Of a stretch of DNA of 64,000 bases, positions 13,458-27,349 are shown piece by piece. Within the stretch, counting starts at the first letter, position 1. Each line of letters begins with the position of its first letter. Under the pieces are notes generated by a model that ran no database searches, had not been told where the DNA came from, and worked only from the letters and a program-made list of their open reading frames with translations. Source of the stretch: Camelus dromedarius (Eukaryota); contig NC_087437.1 in assembly GCF_036321535.1 (NCBI RefSeq), positions 75,084,001-75,148,000 of the forward strand. Direction: 5' to 3'. A program made the translations under genes and the position numbers.

Positions 13458-16400
13458 TACATGGATATGTCACTGGTAGTTTTGTTTTTAACATGATTCA
13501 GATAGAGACTGTCTGGGTCATATCTACGTATACAGTTTGTACATGTTTCTGTGTATGTTTACCTGCTGCATATTATATGCTTATGCATATTTGCTTATGG
13601 ACTTCACCAATTTTGTTTAATTATAGAATAATGGCAAATCTGAATCCCATTTATGACAGAAAGAGACGTACTTAAAACTTTAAGAACTCAAACTTTAAAG
13701 GAAACTTCAGAATGAGACTTGGGGCACACGGACTCAAAGCAAAGACATTAGTTGCTTAGTTGATTTCTCTAAGATTCCTGAGGGCAAGGAGAACATTGAT
13801 CTTATGCATTATTAAAACTCCAGCATCTCGAATAATGCCTGGCCCATTGTAGGTCTCAATAAATATTCTCACAGTGATTGAATAAATAAAAGGAACATTC
13901 GTTTTCTGCTTTCTCCCTGCTCCATTGTAGAAAACAACTACCTAGTAACCAAAATACAGTGCTTCTCTTGTCCTTGGACTGAGTTAACTAAACATGAACA
14001 GGTTTTTTTCCCCCCCAAAATATTTCTTGTGAATCATTGATTCAGAATCTATAAAACTGAAAGAGACCATGGAGATTCTCTAGTCTCATCTTCTAAAAAA
14101 GCATTTTCAAAATATGTTTCATAGAATACATTTTGTTCTAGGTCTTTAAGAAACTCTTGGAAAAAATACGCCTTCAACAAATGTATTTGGAAAAATTGTG
14201 TATTATTTTCACCTCTGTGGATGCAAATTTGTATATTAAAGTCTTAGATAAGTTGTACAAAAAAGGAAACCTGAATAATGTTTTTTATTGGTGCTTTTTT
14301 AAACCTATTTGTGCAGAGAAGCTTTGGTTCAGCTGCCATCTGTTAGCAGGGTGGCAGATTGTATGAGCAGGCCTGGATGCCTACAGGCGAAGAGCTCAAG
14401 GGAATAGAAGTCTTGAGTTCATGTAGGGACCAGAGGACAACAAAGAACCAGAAGGATCCATCCAAGAATTAGAGAGAACCCAGCAATGGAGACAGCTGAA
14501 GAGAGGACATTCAGACTGCCAGGGAGCTTTGGACACCTGAGACATCAATTCAAGAAGCGAGGACCCTGATGTGGGGTGGCCATGAGGGGGTACCCTTTGG
14601 TCCTAAAACAAGATGACTGGCAAGAAGGGTAGAAAACCCAGGCTCAAAAGGGAACTGCAGAGATTCCCTAAGCAGGACCTTAGCACAGGCGCAAAGCAGA
14701 TCTCCACTTATATCAACTGGAGCGTGCAGAGGACCCTGGAGAGAGAAAGAGTCTCAGGACTGGAAATTTAGTGCAGGCACCCGCCTTGTTAGAACAAGAA
14801 CAGTGCAGAGGATGGGAAAAGAAGGTACAAGGATGCCCTCATACTGGCCGATCGATAAAGAGCAATTCTAGAGACAATAAGAGTGTTTAGTAGTTGGCTT
14901 TGGATGCAGAGAAGGTCAGACTCAGCAATAATGCCTCAGGTCAAAATGCAGGAATTCTGTGGTCAGCCCGAGAAGTATAGCTCTCAGGACAGCCCAACAG
15001 GGAGAGAGAGGCCAAACCCACCAGTGGGACAGCGCCTGAAGATGCCTAGGCTTGCCTATCTCAAGTCTGTGGCCTCCTACACACAAGTCTGCAGAGATCC
15101 AGGGAAGACAGGAGCACAGGAGACAGGCAGGGGCCAAGGAAGTGCACACCCGCCCTCTTCAGGCCAATACAGCAGCCTGAGGTGTATGTTGAGTGGTTAC
15201 CTAATGGCTTAACAGGGTTAAGGTGCATGATTGTACATAATGTGCATGATTGGCATTTCCAGAATAGTCAAACAGGCTGATAAATCTGAACCACTTCACA
15301 ATTTCTAATTATTAGAATGTTCTTGAAAAGTGATTTGCATTACAGTGGTCCCCATTCCGTACATTCATATACTCAGGATATAGAACAAGGTTGTCCAAGG
15401 TCACATAGAAGGTCCGTGTCTGTGCATTAGATGGTTCTGCAGATGTTGGAATTGGCCAGGGGGAGAATGATAGTCTTTCATTAAATATGGATGGCTGAGC
15501 ATATGAGGATGTTATCAGAATATAAAAACCTAAGGATATACGTTTGTTATGAAATACATTAGGGAGTGCATTCAGAGACTTGACTGATGGCTTCATGAGT
15601 CATGTTCAAATAAGAAATAAACATGAAGCTTCTGGAGTACTTTTTCATGAGAGGTTATCAAAATGAAGTTTAGGAGATCGCTGGGCAAAGCAGAAATATC
15701 CTGACAAGCTGGAAGCAGTTATAAATGTTGTATGAAATTTGGGAGAAAGGTGCGTGGTTTTGATGGGCACCTGTCAAGAAATGAGGATTTTAAGGGCAAC
15801 AAAATTGAGGTTTTGTTGCCAAAAGAAAATAAAAAAAACATCAAAATGGCAGCTGCCAATCAGAGCTTCAACACTCAGAAAAATGGGTCATAGAGTATAA
15901 AAAAAAGGCCCAGTTTTCAACCTCTTTTTTTCTATTAGTTTATAATTAATCGTTATCACTATATAGTATATTTATTTTTATTTGCATACATATGCATATA
16001 TCACACACACACAGAGGTTTAGTTTTTTTTTTTTTTTTTGGTCCAAGGGGTTCTAAAATGTTAAGAGTAGTTATTAGCAGGGGATTGCCTGGGACTTTAA
16101 CTTTACATTTTATATATTTATCTAGTGTTTAAAATTACTTACAATAGCTTACACTACTTTTATCATTGATGCTTCCTCATTCTAAAGGCTCTTTGGAATA
16201 CCTTTGTTTTTATAGAAACAGAATTTCTCTCTCTGTGATTGTTTTCTTTATCCTGGTAAATCATTCTTTAGTAAGACAGAAGCTAGTACAAAGTAAGCAA
16301 ACAGCTGTATGAAAGACAAGAGGGGAAGGGACCCCTGTGCTTCCAATCATGCTGTTTTAAAATGAGAAATTATTCAAAATTAATTATGGTGTTACAATCG

Positions 16401-16569
16401 CCTCTGATTAGACTATATTGATGATCCATATTTTCATTGAGTTTACACTATCAGATCTTCTGGAAAACATAATTATTCAGATGGAAGAGAAAAAATAATT
16501 TAAAAGCAATGGAACACTGCATGGATTTGGCATAACATACTCAGATCTTCTTATTACACTTATTATAGC

Positions 16570-17280
16570 CTTACAGAACCAGAATTCTTGGAAAATCAAA
16601 CACAAATAAAAGAGTAGATAACAAAAATTCAGAAACAAGAAACAAACTAATCCAGCAATATATTAAAAGAATAATATAATAATATGTTATGACTGAGTGG
16701 GATTTACCCCAGGAATGAAAGATGGTTTAACATTAAAAAATCAATGTAAATCAGGTTAACAGACTGAAAGAACTCACAAAACAAAACAAAAAAAACAACC
16801 ATATGATCATTTCAGTAGAGGCAGAAAAACTTTTTGACAAAATCTCAACATGCATTCCTGACTAAAAAAATAAAACTCTCAGGAAACTAGGGATAGAAGA
16901 GAACTTCCTCAACATGATTAAGAGAAATTACCAAAAACCTACAGCTCACATCATCCTCAATCAATGATTAAGGACAACATTCTTGTAATTACTGAATGTT
17001 TTTCCCTCTAGGATAGACATAAGGCAAGGCTGTCTACTCTCACCACTGTAATTCAGCATTGTTCTAGAGGTGGTTCTAGCCCAAGAAATAAGCAAAAGAA
17101 ATTAAATGCGTCTGGATTGGAAAGCAAGAAGTAAAGGAAGAAGCCTCACAAATGACATGTTGTATATGGAAGCTACAAAAACAATCTGCTGGGACTAATT
17201 AGCAAGTGTAGCAGGGTTTCAGAATATAAGATTAATATATAAAACTTTATATTAGCAATAAAAAAATCAGAAATTAAAAC
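16570..17280 (+). mobile_element. L1 ORF2 (reverse transcriptase region) fragment, degenerate
   Basis: gggatttaccccaggaatgaaagatggtttaacatt...atatgatcatttcagtagaggcagaaaaactttttgacaaaat matches L1 ORF2 (GFIPGMQGWFNI...MIISIDAEKAFDKI) with frameshifts. Confidence 0.85.
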
Positions 17281-17934
17281 GGGAACAGAAATGAGGTCAG
17301 TAGGTTTGAGGGCTAGAGGCTGGAGAAAGGATTGAATGCAAAAGGACCTAAGGGAACTGTTTTGGGAAATTTTTTGAATGACCCATTTTTACTCTATGTA
17401 AAATACACCTTGATAAGTCTAACTTTAAAATTTTGGGTAGAGAAAAGAAAAAATAAATAATCTATGGGTCCATGTTGATAAGGAAAGGAAGGAAGGAAGA
17501 AAAATGAACAAATTAAAAGGGAAAATTGTTTCTTAGAACAGAACGCCAACTAGTAACTGTGGAAGGCATGATGGAGTTAGAACATCCACCATTTTGAAAC
17601 TATCAAATTAATAACTGATTTAGAAAAAATAGTCAATAGATGCTAAGCTAGGTATAGCTATATATTTAGATATGGATTTAATTATAGAGACACAATAGAT
17701 TTGTAAAAAGATATAGCTATATTATCATGTTAAGGAAATAGCCATCAAATCCTCTGTAATTTTTATCAAAATCATACATGTGAATTGTTTTAAAAATCAG
17801 ATGGAAGGAGATGTTTTGTAAGTGACATGATAAGGTTATGGAGCTCCACTGTGCAAAAAAACAAGGATAAAGCAAATATAAAGGGGAAAAGTGCCTAAAA
17901 CTACCATATGAAAATTGAGAAATGCTTATTTTCT

Positions 17935-18276
17935 TGGGGGGAGGGAGGGTAAATTGGATGAAAGCAGTCAAAAGATACAAACTCTATAAGGTAAATAAGT
18001 ACTAAAGATAAAATGCACAAACTGATCAATTTAATTAACACTGCTTTCTGTCATATATGAAAGTTGTTAAGAGAGTAAATCCTAAGAATCCTCATCACAA
18101 GGGAAAAAATTTGTTTCTATTTCTTTAGTGTTATATCTATATATGAGACAATGGATGTTCAACCACACTTATTGTGGTCATCATCTCATGATGTTTGTAA
18201 GTCATATCATGCTGCATGCCTTAAACTTATACAGTCCTGTATGTCAATTATATCTCAATAAAACTGGAAGAAAAAA
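17935..18276 (+). mobile_element. L1 3' UTR end (L1MA/MB-like)
   Basis: aaagttgttaagagagtaaatcctaagaatcctcatcacaag...tgtcaattatatctcaataaaactgg followed by an A-rich tail. Confidence 0.8.
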
Positions 18277-18799
18277 TGCTTATTCTTGGGAAATTGCTGC
18301 AGTTTCAGGTAAGAATAACAGCAGTCCATGGTTGTCTGGCCTTGGCTGCTCTCATTCCCCTCCTTCTCCTTCGCCCGTCATTGCATGTAGCTTACCAGCT
18401 TGAAAAAGGCAAGAAAACTCAACAGTTTAAAGCCAGAGGTGGCAGACTTGTTGGCGGTGTGGGGAGGAAGGGCTAGGAAAGCAAGGGAGAATATGAGTGT
18501 GACAACCCCATACCTTGCTGGCTAAAGGCAGCAGCCTGTTTCAGAATGAATGGGGAAAGACCATCACTTTGCTAATCTAAAGTTGCAGGCTTGGTTTAGG
18601 ACAAATTTTCTGCCAGTCACAAATGTAATGGCAAGAGCTATAACAGTGCTAAAATATGCTTTCTACTCTTTCCTGCCTTACTGCTAAACTATGTATGGTG
18701 TCAGGGAGACCAGAGAAGGGCAGGCAAATAATGAAAACCAAGGCAGACTTGAGAACGGGCTACAAGTTTGAAAGTGTTCTTCAACATACATGTACCTCA

Positions 18800-20830
18800 A
18801 CTGGCAACATCTGGGGAAGACTTAGAGAATCAAGGTATCTGCCCAAATCACTGGCTGACCACTAACCTATGCTGACAGAGGGGTCCCCAAAAAGGAAATG
18901 CTAAAATAGACTGATCAGACACATTATCAGCTTTAGAAGAAGAGAGATTCTGTGGTTTAAGTCTGGGCAAGTTACTAAAACAAACAAATAACAACAGAAA
19001 CCCACAATACAATGAGCTTGAGAAAAATAAAACAGAATACACAAGTGATAAAATCATTCCAAGACATGCTAAGAAACAGGAGAGTGTGACCCATATTCAG
19101 AAAAAAAAAAAAAGCAGTCAATAAAAATTGACTCTTGAGAACCCAGATTAAATAACGAAATGGAAATTCTAGACTTGAAAATTACATTGACCAAAATAAA
19201 AAATTCACTAGGTGGATTCAACAGCAGATTTGAAATAGCTAAAGTCTTAGTGAATCAGAAGATAGATCAATTGAAATTGTCTAATCCAAAGAACAAAAAT
19301 AAAAGAGATAGGGAAAAAAAAGGAATGGTGTCTCAAAGATCTGTAGAACAATTTCAAGAATACATTTATTGGGAGTCATGAAAGGAGAGGAGAAAAGGGG
19401 AATGGAAAGTATTTTAAAAGGTAATGGCTGAAAACTTCCCATTTTGATGAAAAGACATTTATTTCCAGATCCAATGAACACAAAGTAGATACTCATATAA
19501 AAGAAAACACAACCAGACACATCATATTCAAATTCCTGAAAGCCAAAGAAAAGAGAAAATCTTTTTTTATATAAATATTTTTATTGAAGTATAGTCAGTT
19601 TACAATGTTGTATCAATTTCTGGTGTACAGCATAATGCTTCAATCATACATGAACATACATATATTCATTTTCATATTCTTTTTCACCATAAGTTACTAC
19701 AAGATATTGAATATAGTCCCCTGTGCTATACAGTATGAACTTGTTTATCTATTTTATATATATTAGTTAGTATCTGCAATTCTCAAACTCCCAATTTATC
19801 CCTTCCATCCCCTTCCCCCCTGGTAACCACAAGTTTGTTTGCTATGTCTGCGAGTCTGTTTCTGTTTTGTAAATAAATCTGTTTGTCTTCTTTTTTGGAT
19901 TCCACATGTAAGTGATATCATATGGTATTTTTCTTTCTCTTTCTGGCTTACTTCACTTAGAATGACAATTTCTGGGTCCATCCATGTTGGTGCAAATGGC
20001 ATTATTTTATTATTTTTTATGGCTGAGTAGTATTCCATTGTATAAATATACCACAGCTTCTTTATCCAATCTTGTGTCAATGGACATTTAGGTTGTTTCC
20101 ATGTCTTCGCTATTGTGAAAAGAGAAAATCTTGAATGCAGCAAGAGAAAAACAACTTATTTTATGGAAAGAGACAACAATGTGATTAATAGTTAACTTAT
20201 AAAAAACAAAGCAAGCCTCAAGAAAGAGAAGTGACGTATTCAAAATGCTGGGGGGGAAAAAGCAACCAATTCTATTGCCTAGTAAAACTTAGTTTCAAAA
20301 AAAGAAGCACAATAAAGACATTTCTAAACAAAGATATACAAAAAATGATAGAATTCACTGGTAGGTGACCTGACAAACAAAACAAGGGAAGTTCTTCAGG
20401 CTGAAGGAAATGTCACCAGACAGTAACTCAGCTCCACAAGAAAAAATAGAGGTCACCAGAGATATGTGAATAAATAAAGATCGTGTGTATATGCATAATT
20501 TTTTTCTTTTCCTTAATTTCTTTAAAATTAGGAAACTGTTTAAAGCCATAAGTCTAATGCAGTATTATTGGGTTTACAGAATATATGAAGGATTTATATA
20601 TATCACAAAAGAATAGGGAGAGAAAATAAGGTGCTTTACTGGTATACTATTTTTACTGACATTATGCCAGTGCTAACTTTAAGTGAATTGTGATAGTTAA
20701 AGATGAATATTTTAATCCCTAGAGCAACTAACAACAAATCTCAAAGAATACAGCTAAAATAATCAACACAGGAATTAAAACCGTATCCCAAAAGCTTTTG
20801 TTTAACATGAAAGACAGTAACAGAGCAACA
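18800..20830 (+). mobile_element. Old L1 5'/ORF1 region, interrupted by a younger antisense L1
   Basis: ataaaaaattcactaggtggattcaacagcagattt...ccagacacatcatattcaaattcctgaaagcc|aaaatcttgaatgcagcaagagaaaa: degenerate ORF1 (PRHIIxKxxK..KILxAAREK). Confidence 0.8.
19564..20116 (-). mobile_element. Young 5'-truncated camelid-type L1 (ORF2 C-terminus and 3' UTR)
   Basis: Minus-strand translation LFTIAKTWKQPKCP...WYIYTMEYYSAIK..EIVILSEVSQKEKEKYHMISLTCGI is the L1 ORF2 end. Perfect 16-bp TSD gaaaagagaaaatctt at 19548-19563 and 20117-20132. Confidence 0.95.
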
Positions 20831-21419
20831 GAGGGATGAGGTATGGTTTGGTCCTGTAGTCCTTGGCCAGATTCTCTTTTAGTAAGGATCAGCTCTCATT
20901 CAATTCCTAAATATTCTTTCAGTTAATATTGCAAGGAGGAGCTAATATTGAACATGGATCAAATCCTCAAACTTTCCTAAGACTAAATAAATAGTCCAAG
21001 AAGCAGGTGTAAACTCCTTTTAAAAGTCTGGACAGATACCACTCAAAGATGAGTAACATGTGTTAAGATTAGAGATGATTTTTCTTTCGCAAACGTTTAC
21101 CTGTTTTTGTAATTTTGCAGTAAAAGCACTAATTCAGATAAAGCTTTTTAAAAAAATTTATAAACAGAATCAAGTATTTGCTCAATCAGAGAAATGAAAA
21201 GTTAGTACAGATAGCAAATTTTTTCACACTTACCAATGTTGTAATGACAAAGAATTTCATTTCCATGTGGCATCTGAAAAGTTACATTTTAACTTTAGTA
21301 ACTTCATTTTAACTTTAATAAAAAAAATACTTCAAGTTTCCAAACAAACTTCAAAACTAAAATAGAGAAAGGAATATGTTTTGAGTATATTTAATTTTCC
21401 TGTTCTATTTTTGGAGCAG

Positions 21420-22435
21420 TTTGGGTTCTCAGGACTAGATGGGCATGAGCTTGCAGGAGCTTTACTGGAAGTGCCGTCGGGATCAAGAGAACCTGTGGAA
21501 GACAGGAGACAGCAGGACTGCACAGAGGGAAAAGTCAAGCTGAGTTGCAGTCTTGGCAGAAGCTTTAGCCAACCCCCTGCTCTGAGGGCACGATGCCCTT
21601 TCAGAGCTGTTCTGAGTGTGGGGAGCAGAGAGCGGGGTCAGGGAAGGGCAAGAGGAGGGGCCATTGCAGCCTTTGTGGATGAACACAGCCTTAGGCAGGC
21701 TCATGTCCTTGGGAAGAAGACTCTTCAGTTGCAGGGATAACTCAAGGGAGCTGAGAGCTTGAGGCCCATCTTCCTTCCAGCAACCCTCCCAGCAGCTGGG
21801 TAACGAGTCCTTTATTCCTGAAGGGGAATCTGGGCAGTACATCGCAATGTTTGTCACAATTTGAAAATAACAAATGAGTTATGCTAAGTTTGTCTGCTCT
21901 CACAGTCTGTGTAGCAGACTCAGTCGCCTCACCAAGATCCAGCTTCTCCTCGTTTTTTGTTTGAAGCCTGACATGCCCAGGCCAGGTGAAATGGTATGCG
22001 TCTAAACCAATTACGAGAATCCTGTTTACTGCTTCCTGGAGCCTCTACCCACCCTCCCGCCCTCTGCAGCAGTTAGATCAAGGAGCCTGATGGCAATAAG
22101 ACAATGAGACCCAAGGAAATGTCTGCTACAGGAATTATGAAAATGTTTTCCTTGTTAACAAGGAACAGATGAAACTGGTCGCCTCTTACTGCCTCCTGAT
22201 TCCCTCTTCCTCTCCTTGTACACAGCTGTAGTACTTGAAGCTGCAGAAGTTATTTCACAACTGAGAGGAAAAGGTCAAGAGAAATTTTAAGAGTTTGTTC
22301 TAACATTCATGAGCCACTGAATAAAGCCACTAACCTACCTCTTGATTTCTTGCTCTTTAAGGAAAATAACTCCTAATTGTTTAAGTAGCTAAAATTGGAC
22401 ATTCTGTCACTGACAGCAAAGCATAATCCAAACTA
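21420..22435. mobile_element. Two adjacent old ERVL/MaLR-type LTR relics (~21420-21860 and ~21905-22435)
   Basis: GC shift and LTR16/LTR33-like text (tgtagcagac...ctgtcactgacagcaaagcataatccaaactaacc). Family uncertain. Confidence 0.45.
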
Positions 22436-23449
22436 ACCCAAGTTATAAAATAGGATGATGACTCTATTATCTGATGAAAATATAGTGTGTGTGTATATGT
22501 ACGTATATATAGAGTGTATATGCATGTGTGTTTATCAAATTGTGGTATGTTTTCAATAAATTTGAAAACACCAAATACTGTATCTTCCTTCTGGAATTTC
22601 ATACTGCATATTAACGTGAGTGATATTAATTATCAGCATTAAGATTTTCTGCCATAGATAAACCTACTTCAACAAAATTAATGCTTCTTAAACATGTGAA
22701 TAAAAATACCTTTTAAAACTTCACCAACTAATGTGGAATGGATCAGGTGACATTATTTAGCATGTGCTCTGCGCCATGGTTCATTAGCTTGTTCCCTATT
22801 TCTATGATATTTTCTGCAGCAGCATTCCTAGGAGCACCCAGTCGAAGTTGAGTTAAGCAAAAGCCATAAAACATGGTCCCCTTTTTTTTCTTATGCTTAT
22901 GACTGGATGACTGAAGCAGGCAAACTAGCTCTGAAAAATCAACAGTGCTGAATTATGTCTTAGGATGTGGTCAAAGCCCAACGGAGAAACATGTGTAGCA
23001 GCACATTTGTAGGTCACAACTAACCTGTAGACTTTGTTTGCTGGTCACAATTAGCATCCTGTGTTTCTCTACACGAGTTATTTTTGTTTGCCTGCACTCA
23101 GCCCCCTTTCACTGCTGTGCGGGCTTGCTCATTGACGGTGCAGAAACAGAGACACGAGAGGGAAGCATGCAGCTTCAGATGCTGTGGAAGGAGGTCGCCC
23201 TCTGTTTTGAGACAGGAAGTTATGATTGTGGCCACTTGAACAAAAGTCCTAAGTGGAGTTTGCTCGTGTAATTTCATAGCCCGGCATCTGTATATACTTA
23301 TCTATAGAGGGGCTTTGGCTCCCTACAAAGTCATTCTAGTGTGAATGATAGGCTACTGGCCTTGCTTCTCTCTTTGATCTGCTTCAGAAATGGTCCATGT
23401 TCCCTTGTAGTTATTTATTCAGGCGTTCTTTTTCTGAAGGATGACTCAG

Positions 23450-24585
23450 AATGTCTCAACAGACATGTCAAACTTTCCGAAACTGAACTTTGGATTCCTT
23501 CCCCATCTTCCACATTTTGATAACAGCAACCTAATTCAAGACAGAAACCTACAACTCATCCTTGCTGCCTCAACATGTCTCTCACCCTCACATCTGACCC
23601 ACCTTCTTGTCCTGATTTGAGAAGACCCATCAATTCATGCACACCGTCTCTCTGCTGCCCCCTGTAGGCCAAGCATCATGACCTGTTTCCCAGACGACTG
23701 CAAATGCCTCCCTACTTCTATACTGATGGCTTTTCTGATCTATTCCCTACACAGCATCTAGAATACTATTTTAAAAACTAAATTAGACCAAATCAACCCC
23801 TTGGTTAGTGGGAGCTTTCAACAGCTTTACATTTCACTAAGAATAAAATTCCAACTTCTTACTCTGCCCTTGGCCCACATGGTCTGGACTCTGCGCTGTT
23901 TTCCAAGTTCAACATGTTGCACTTCCTTTAGCTCTAGAGTCTAGAGCAGGGCAAACTACCGTCCATGGGCCAAATCCATCCCATCACCTGTTTTTGCAAA
24001 TAAAGTTTTATCAGAACACAGACACACTCACTCAAGCATGTACATCTATAGTGCTTTCATGCTGTAAAGCAGAGTTGCCTTTCAACAGAGAACATATATC
24101 CTGAAAAGTCTAAAATATTTACTGTCAGACCCTTTATAGAAAAATTGTGCTGGCTCCTCCTCTACAGCCTCGCTAGTCTCCTTTCTCTCCACGATCAAGA
24201 TAAACTTTTTATTAGCTCCAGCCTTTGCACTCGTCCTCCCTTCTGCTTGGAAAGAGTAAAATGTTTCTTTACAAAGCTTCTTCAATCTTCTCCTCCATGG
24301 CTCACCTTAAACTTAAATATTCTGAACAGCCTTACTTTATATAACTCTGACTAAAATAGGGCACCCATCTCCCTGGGTACACACTATCATATCCTGTTTC
24401 CTGTGTAACACATTAAAATAGAAATTACTTTGCTGATGTTTTTGTTTATGGTCTACTCTCCTCCACAAGACTTTGAGCTACAGGAAGTCAGGTCCCGTCT
24501 CTGTCTTCTCTTCCTCGGCACTGCTTCCCCAATACCTAGAAAGTGACCGCACAGAGTCAGTGTTCTGCAAATATTTGTCAATTTT
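23450..24585 (+). mobile_element. L2 3' fragment containing a nested MER58-like element
   Basis: aaactgaactttggattcc...ccaagcatcatgacctg...cctagaaagtgaccgcacagagtcagtgttctgcaaatatttg: L2 3' end. Confidence 0.7.
23948..24159. mobile_element. MER58A-like hAT-Charlie MITE
   Basis: cagggcaaactaccgtccatgggccaaatcc...tttttgcaaataaagttttatcagaacacag...aaaatatttactgtcagaccctttatagaaaaattgtg. Confidence 0.8.
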
Positions 24586-27349
24586 GAAAAGTACCTATTA
24601 TAGCTGACTTTCCTAAATGGCCTTCAGTCATTTAATTGCACATCTAATATGAATTTCCCATGGGAAATACAGTGCTTTTCCTCTCCCTTCAGAACAACCT
24701 AGAATGTGTGAGAGGATAACAACACACTGGGATTGCAGCTCCTAGAAGGAGTCTCGTTCCTCTTTGTGCTGATTCAGCCATTTATTCATTCAACAAATAT
24801 GTACTGATACCATCTGTGGGGAGTGTGGGGCAAGGCATGATTTGATAGGCTTGTCCGTTGGGCAGAAGCATGACTGTCATTGTCTTAATGTGACTAAGAG
24901 ATTTGAAAAGTCCAAAGGAAAGTTTCTGAGATCTCCCCAATACACTACCCTACTCATCCTGAACCACTGCCTCAAAGAGTCAGCAAGACTTGCTGTTGAC
25001 CCCAGAACAAGAACAGTCAGCCTTGGTGGTTTAAGCGCCAGTGGAAACCGCTCTGTAGAACTCAGCATGGGTGGATGTGGCTGAGGCATTCTGTAACTGG
25101 GGATAAAGTAACTGGCGTGAGTCTGGTCAGCTCTGGAGGGGAGTTGTGAGTCTGGTCAGCTCCGGGGGGGAGGAGCAGGTTGGGATGGAGAACTTTTTCA
25201 CAACTCAGAGATATTGGGCTTAGATCTAGCTCTGCAATGGAGGGCTTTGGACAATTCTGTCACTGGGTGTTTGTGGAGTTAGACAAAATGTCATTTGACA
25301 GCTAAGGATAGGGTGGGGAAAAAGAGCAAAAGCATAATTTCCCTACATTGTTTAGATGACAATTGCTCCTTCTACCACTGCAAATCATTTAATTGCTTCT
25401 CTTTGGCCATGGCCACATCTTGCAGGTCTTACTTTATTTATCTTTGCAGCTCTCAAAGTGCCCAGCTCAGAGGCTTTCACATAGAATTCTCTTAAATACT
25501 TGCTAAACTGAATAGCAAGCACACTTTGAGAGAAGGGATTTTCCCTATGATTTCATCTGCAATGAAGTCACCAAAAACTCTTGCTTGGGTTTTTTTCCCT
25601 TCAGTAGGGTTGGTGCTCCATGCTACTAAACCCACAGCTGGCTAATATGATTAGTTTCTGAAACGTTCTGTAAACTGTACATATTTGCAGTGGCAGTATT
25701 AAAAGATACTAAGGGTTTCTGATGTTATAAGATAAAGCTGCCTGACAATTGCCATCCTGTTTGGAAATAGCAAATGATGGGTTTCAAAATGATTAGCAAG
25801 CTGTGATCTCATTATCTTGCCCTTGAAGTCTGTTTTACTACAAGCTGCATGATGGATTTCCTGTGGGAAACCACCACTCTGCCCCTAACCCTCCCCTTCC
25901 CACCACCAGGTCTTAACTGGCATCATTTTATCATTTGCAAGGAATCTCTGCAAAGTTACTAAATAATATTAACACTAAAGTGATTATTTTAAAGCATCTC
26001 TATTGTTAGATAAAAAGGAGAGGAGAAGGAAGGAACATATCAATGTTATGTATACAGTTGCTAATTGTTTAGTCTTTACTAAAGTACTTTGCATGCATTG
26101 GTACAAACCCTTTCAATTTTAGCCTGTTCTCACTATGGGGAGAATTCAGTTTTTAAATAGACTGTGTTGCCTATTTCCATTTTCATATTTGAGAGTGTCC
26201 CCTTGCTAAATTATTCCAGTAAATGTTCACACAAATCATTCCTATTTGCCACCATCCTTCTTATATCACTGAGATTTTGTATTAGAAATATCAAAACAAA
26301 TTGCCAGCAATCAGTCATTAGACAAAAATGCTCAATATTGCCCTGTTATTAATAAAAGCAAAACTGGGTGAAAAGATCATAGCATAAGGGTATCACTTTA
26401 CTCAGAAATCCAGGTCCTCATTTGATACCAAAAATCTGCCAGACTGAAGCCCTTAAAACCATCCAGACAAAATAAAAGGCTAACAAATCATTTTCAGAAT
26501 CATGGCCAAGTATAAATGTTGGAATTTACAGCTCTTTCAGAAACTTCCATGTATTTAAACAACACTGAATTAAAAAGAAAAATGAAAAAAGTAGTTTTAG
26601 TCAAAATTTTTTAATTAAAAAATAGTAACATTAGCCTAATGTAAACTGAGCTATCATGTGCCTGAGAAGAAATCAAAACTGTTTCCACCTTATTGGTGAA
26701 ACACACAAACTCACTGCCCAGTAGAACCCTACAAGGCGGAGGGTCAATTTATATACTGATTCTACTGGTATTAAGAAAATATGGATTTGTAAGAAAGGGT
26801 CAGTGTTATAGAAGTAATATTTAAAGGACTTCAAGCTGTATCATGCAGCCTTCTTAGGGCACAGACTATTTGTTATGCATTTTTGTGATTCTCTATGATG
26901 CTGAAAATAGTTCCACAAACATAGGAGGTGCTCAATGTTTATTTACTAACAAAATGGAATTGAGCTAACTCAAACCAGGAAACCTAGACAGACCTAAATT
27001 ACACAGTAACTTACTCATGCTTTACACTTAAATATTGTGAAAAACTTCATTTTGTCATGTATTAAAATTTTTGTATCTCTTGAAATTCAAATGCATATAA
27101 TTGGATAAATTAGTACCAGTTCTTAGTGAACAATATGCAGATTTCATAAAAAACTAGCTTTTGAATTATTTACTCTGTCAGCCTAACATGTGGTTACCAT
27201 TTACCATTTAGAGTAGCATGGCGGGCTGAAGAGATGCCGTGATCTCTAAGATACACTTTTCAGAGCAACTTGTTTTTTTTAATTCAAAGGTATTTTATAT
27301 TTAATTGTCTGCTTTGTTTCTCATTTAAATAATTTATTATCCACCTTTT

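Noticed and set aside
19796..20143. 115-aa minus-strand ORF with protein-like composition
   Set aside because: It is the C-terminus of L1 ORF2 in a truncated retrocopy, not a host gene.
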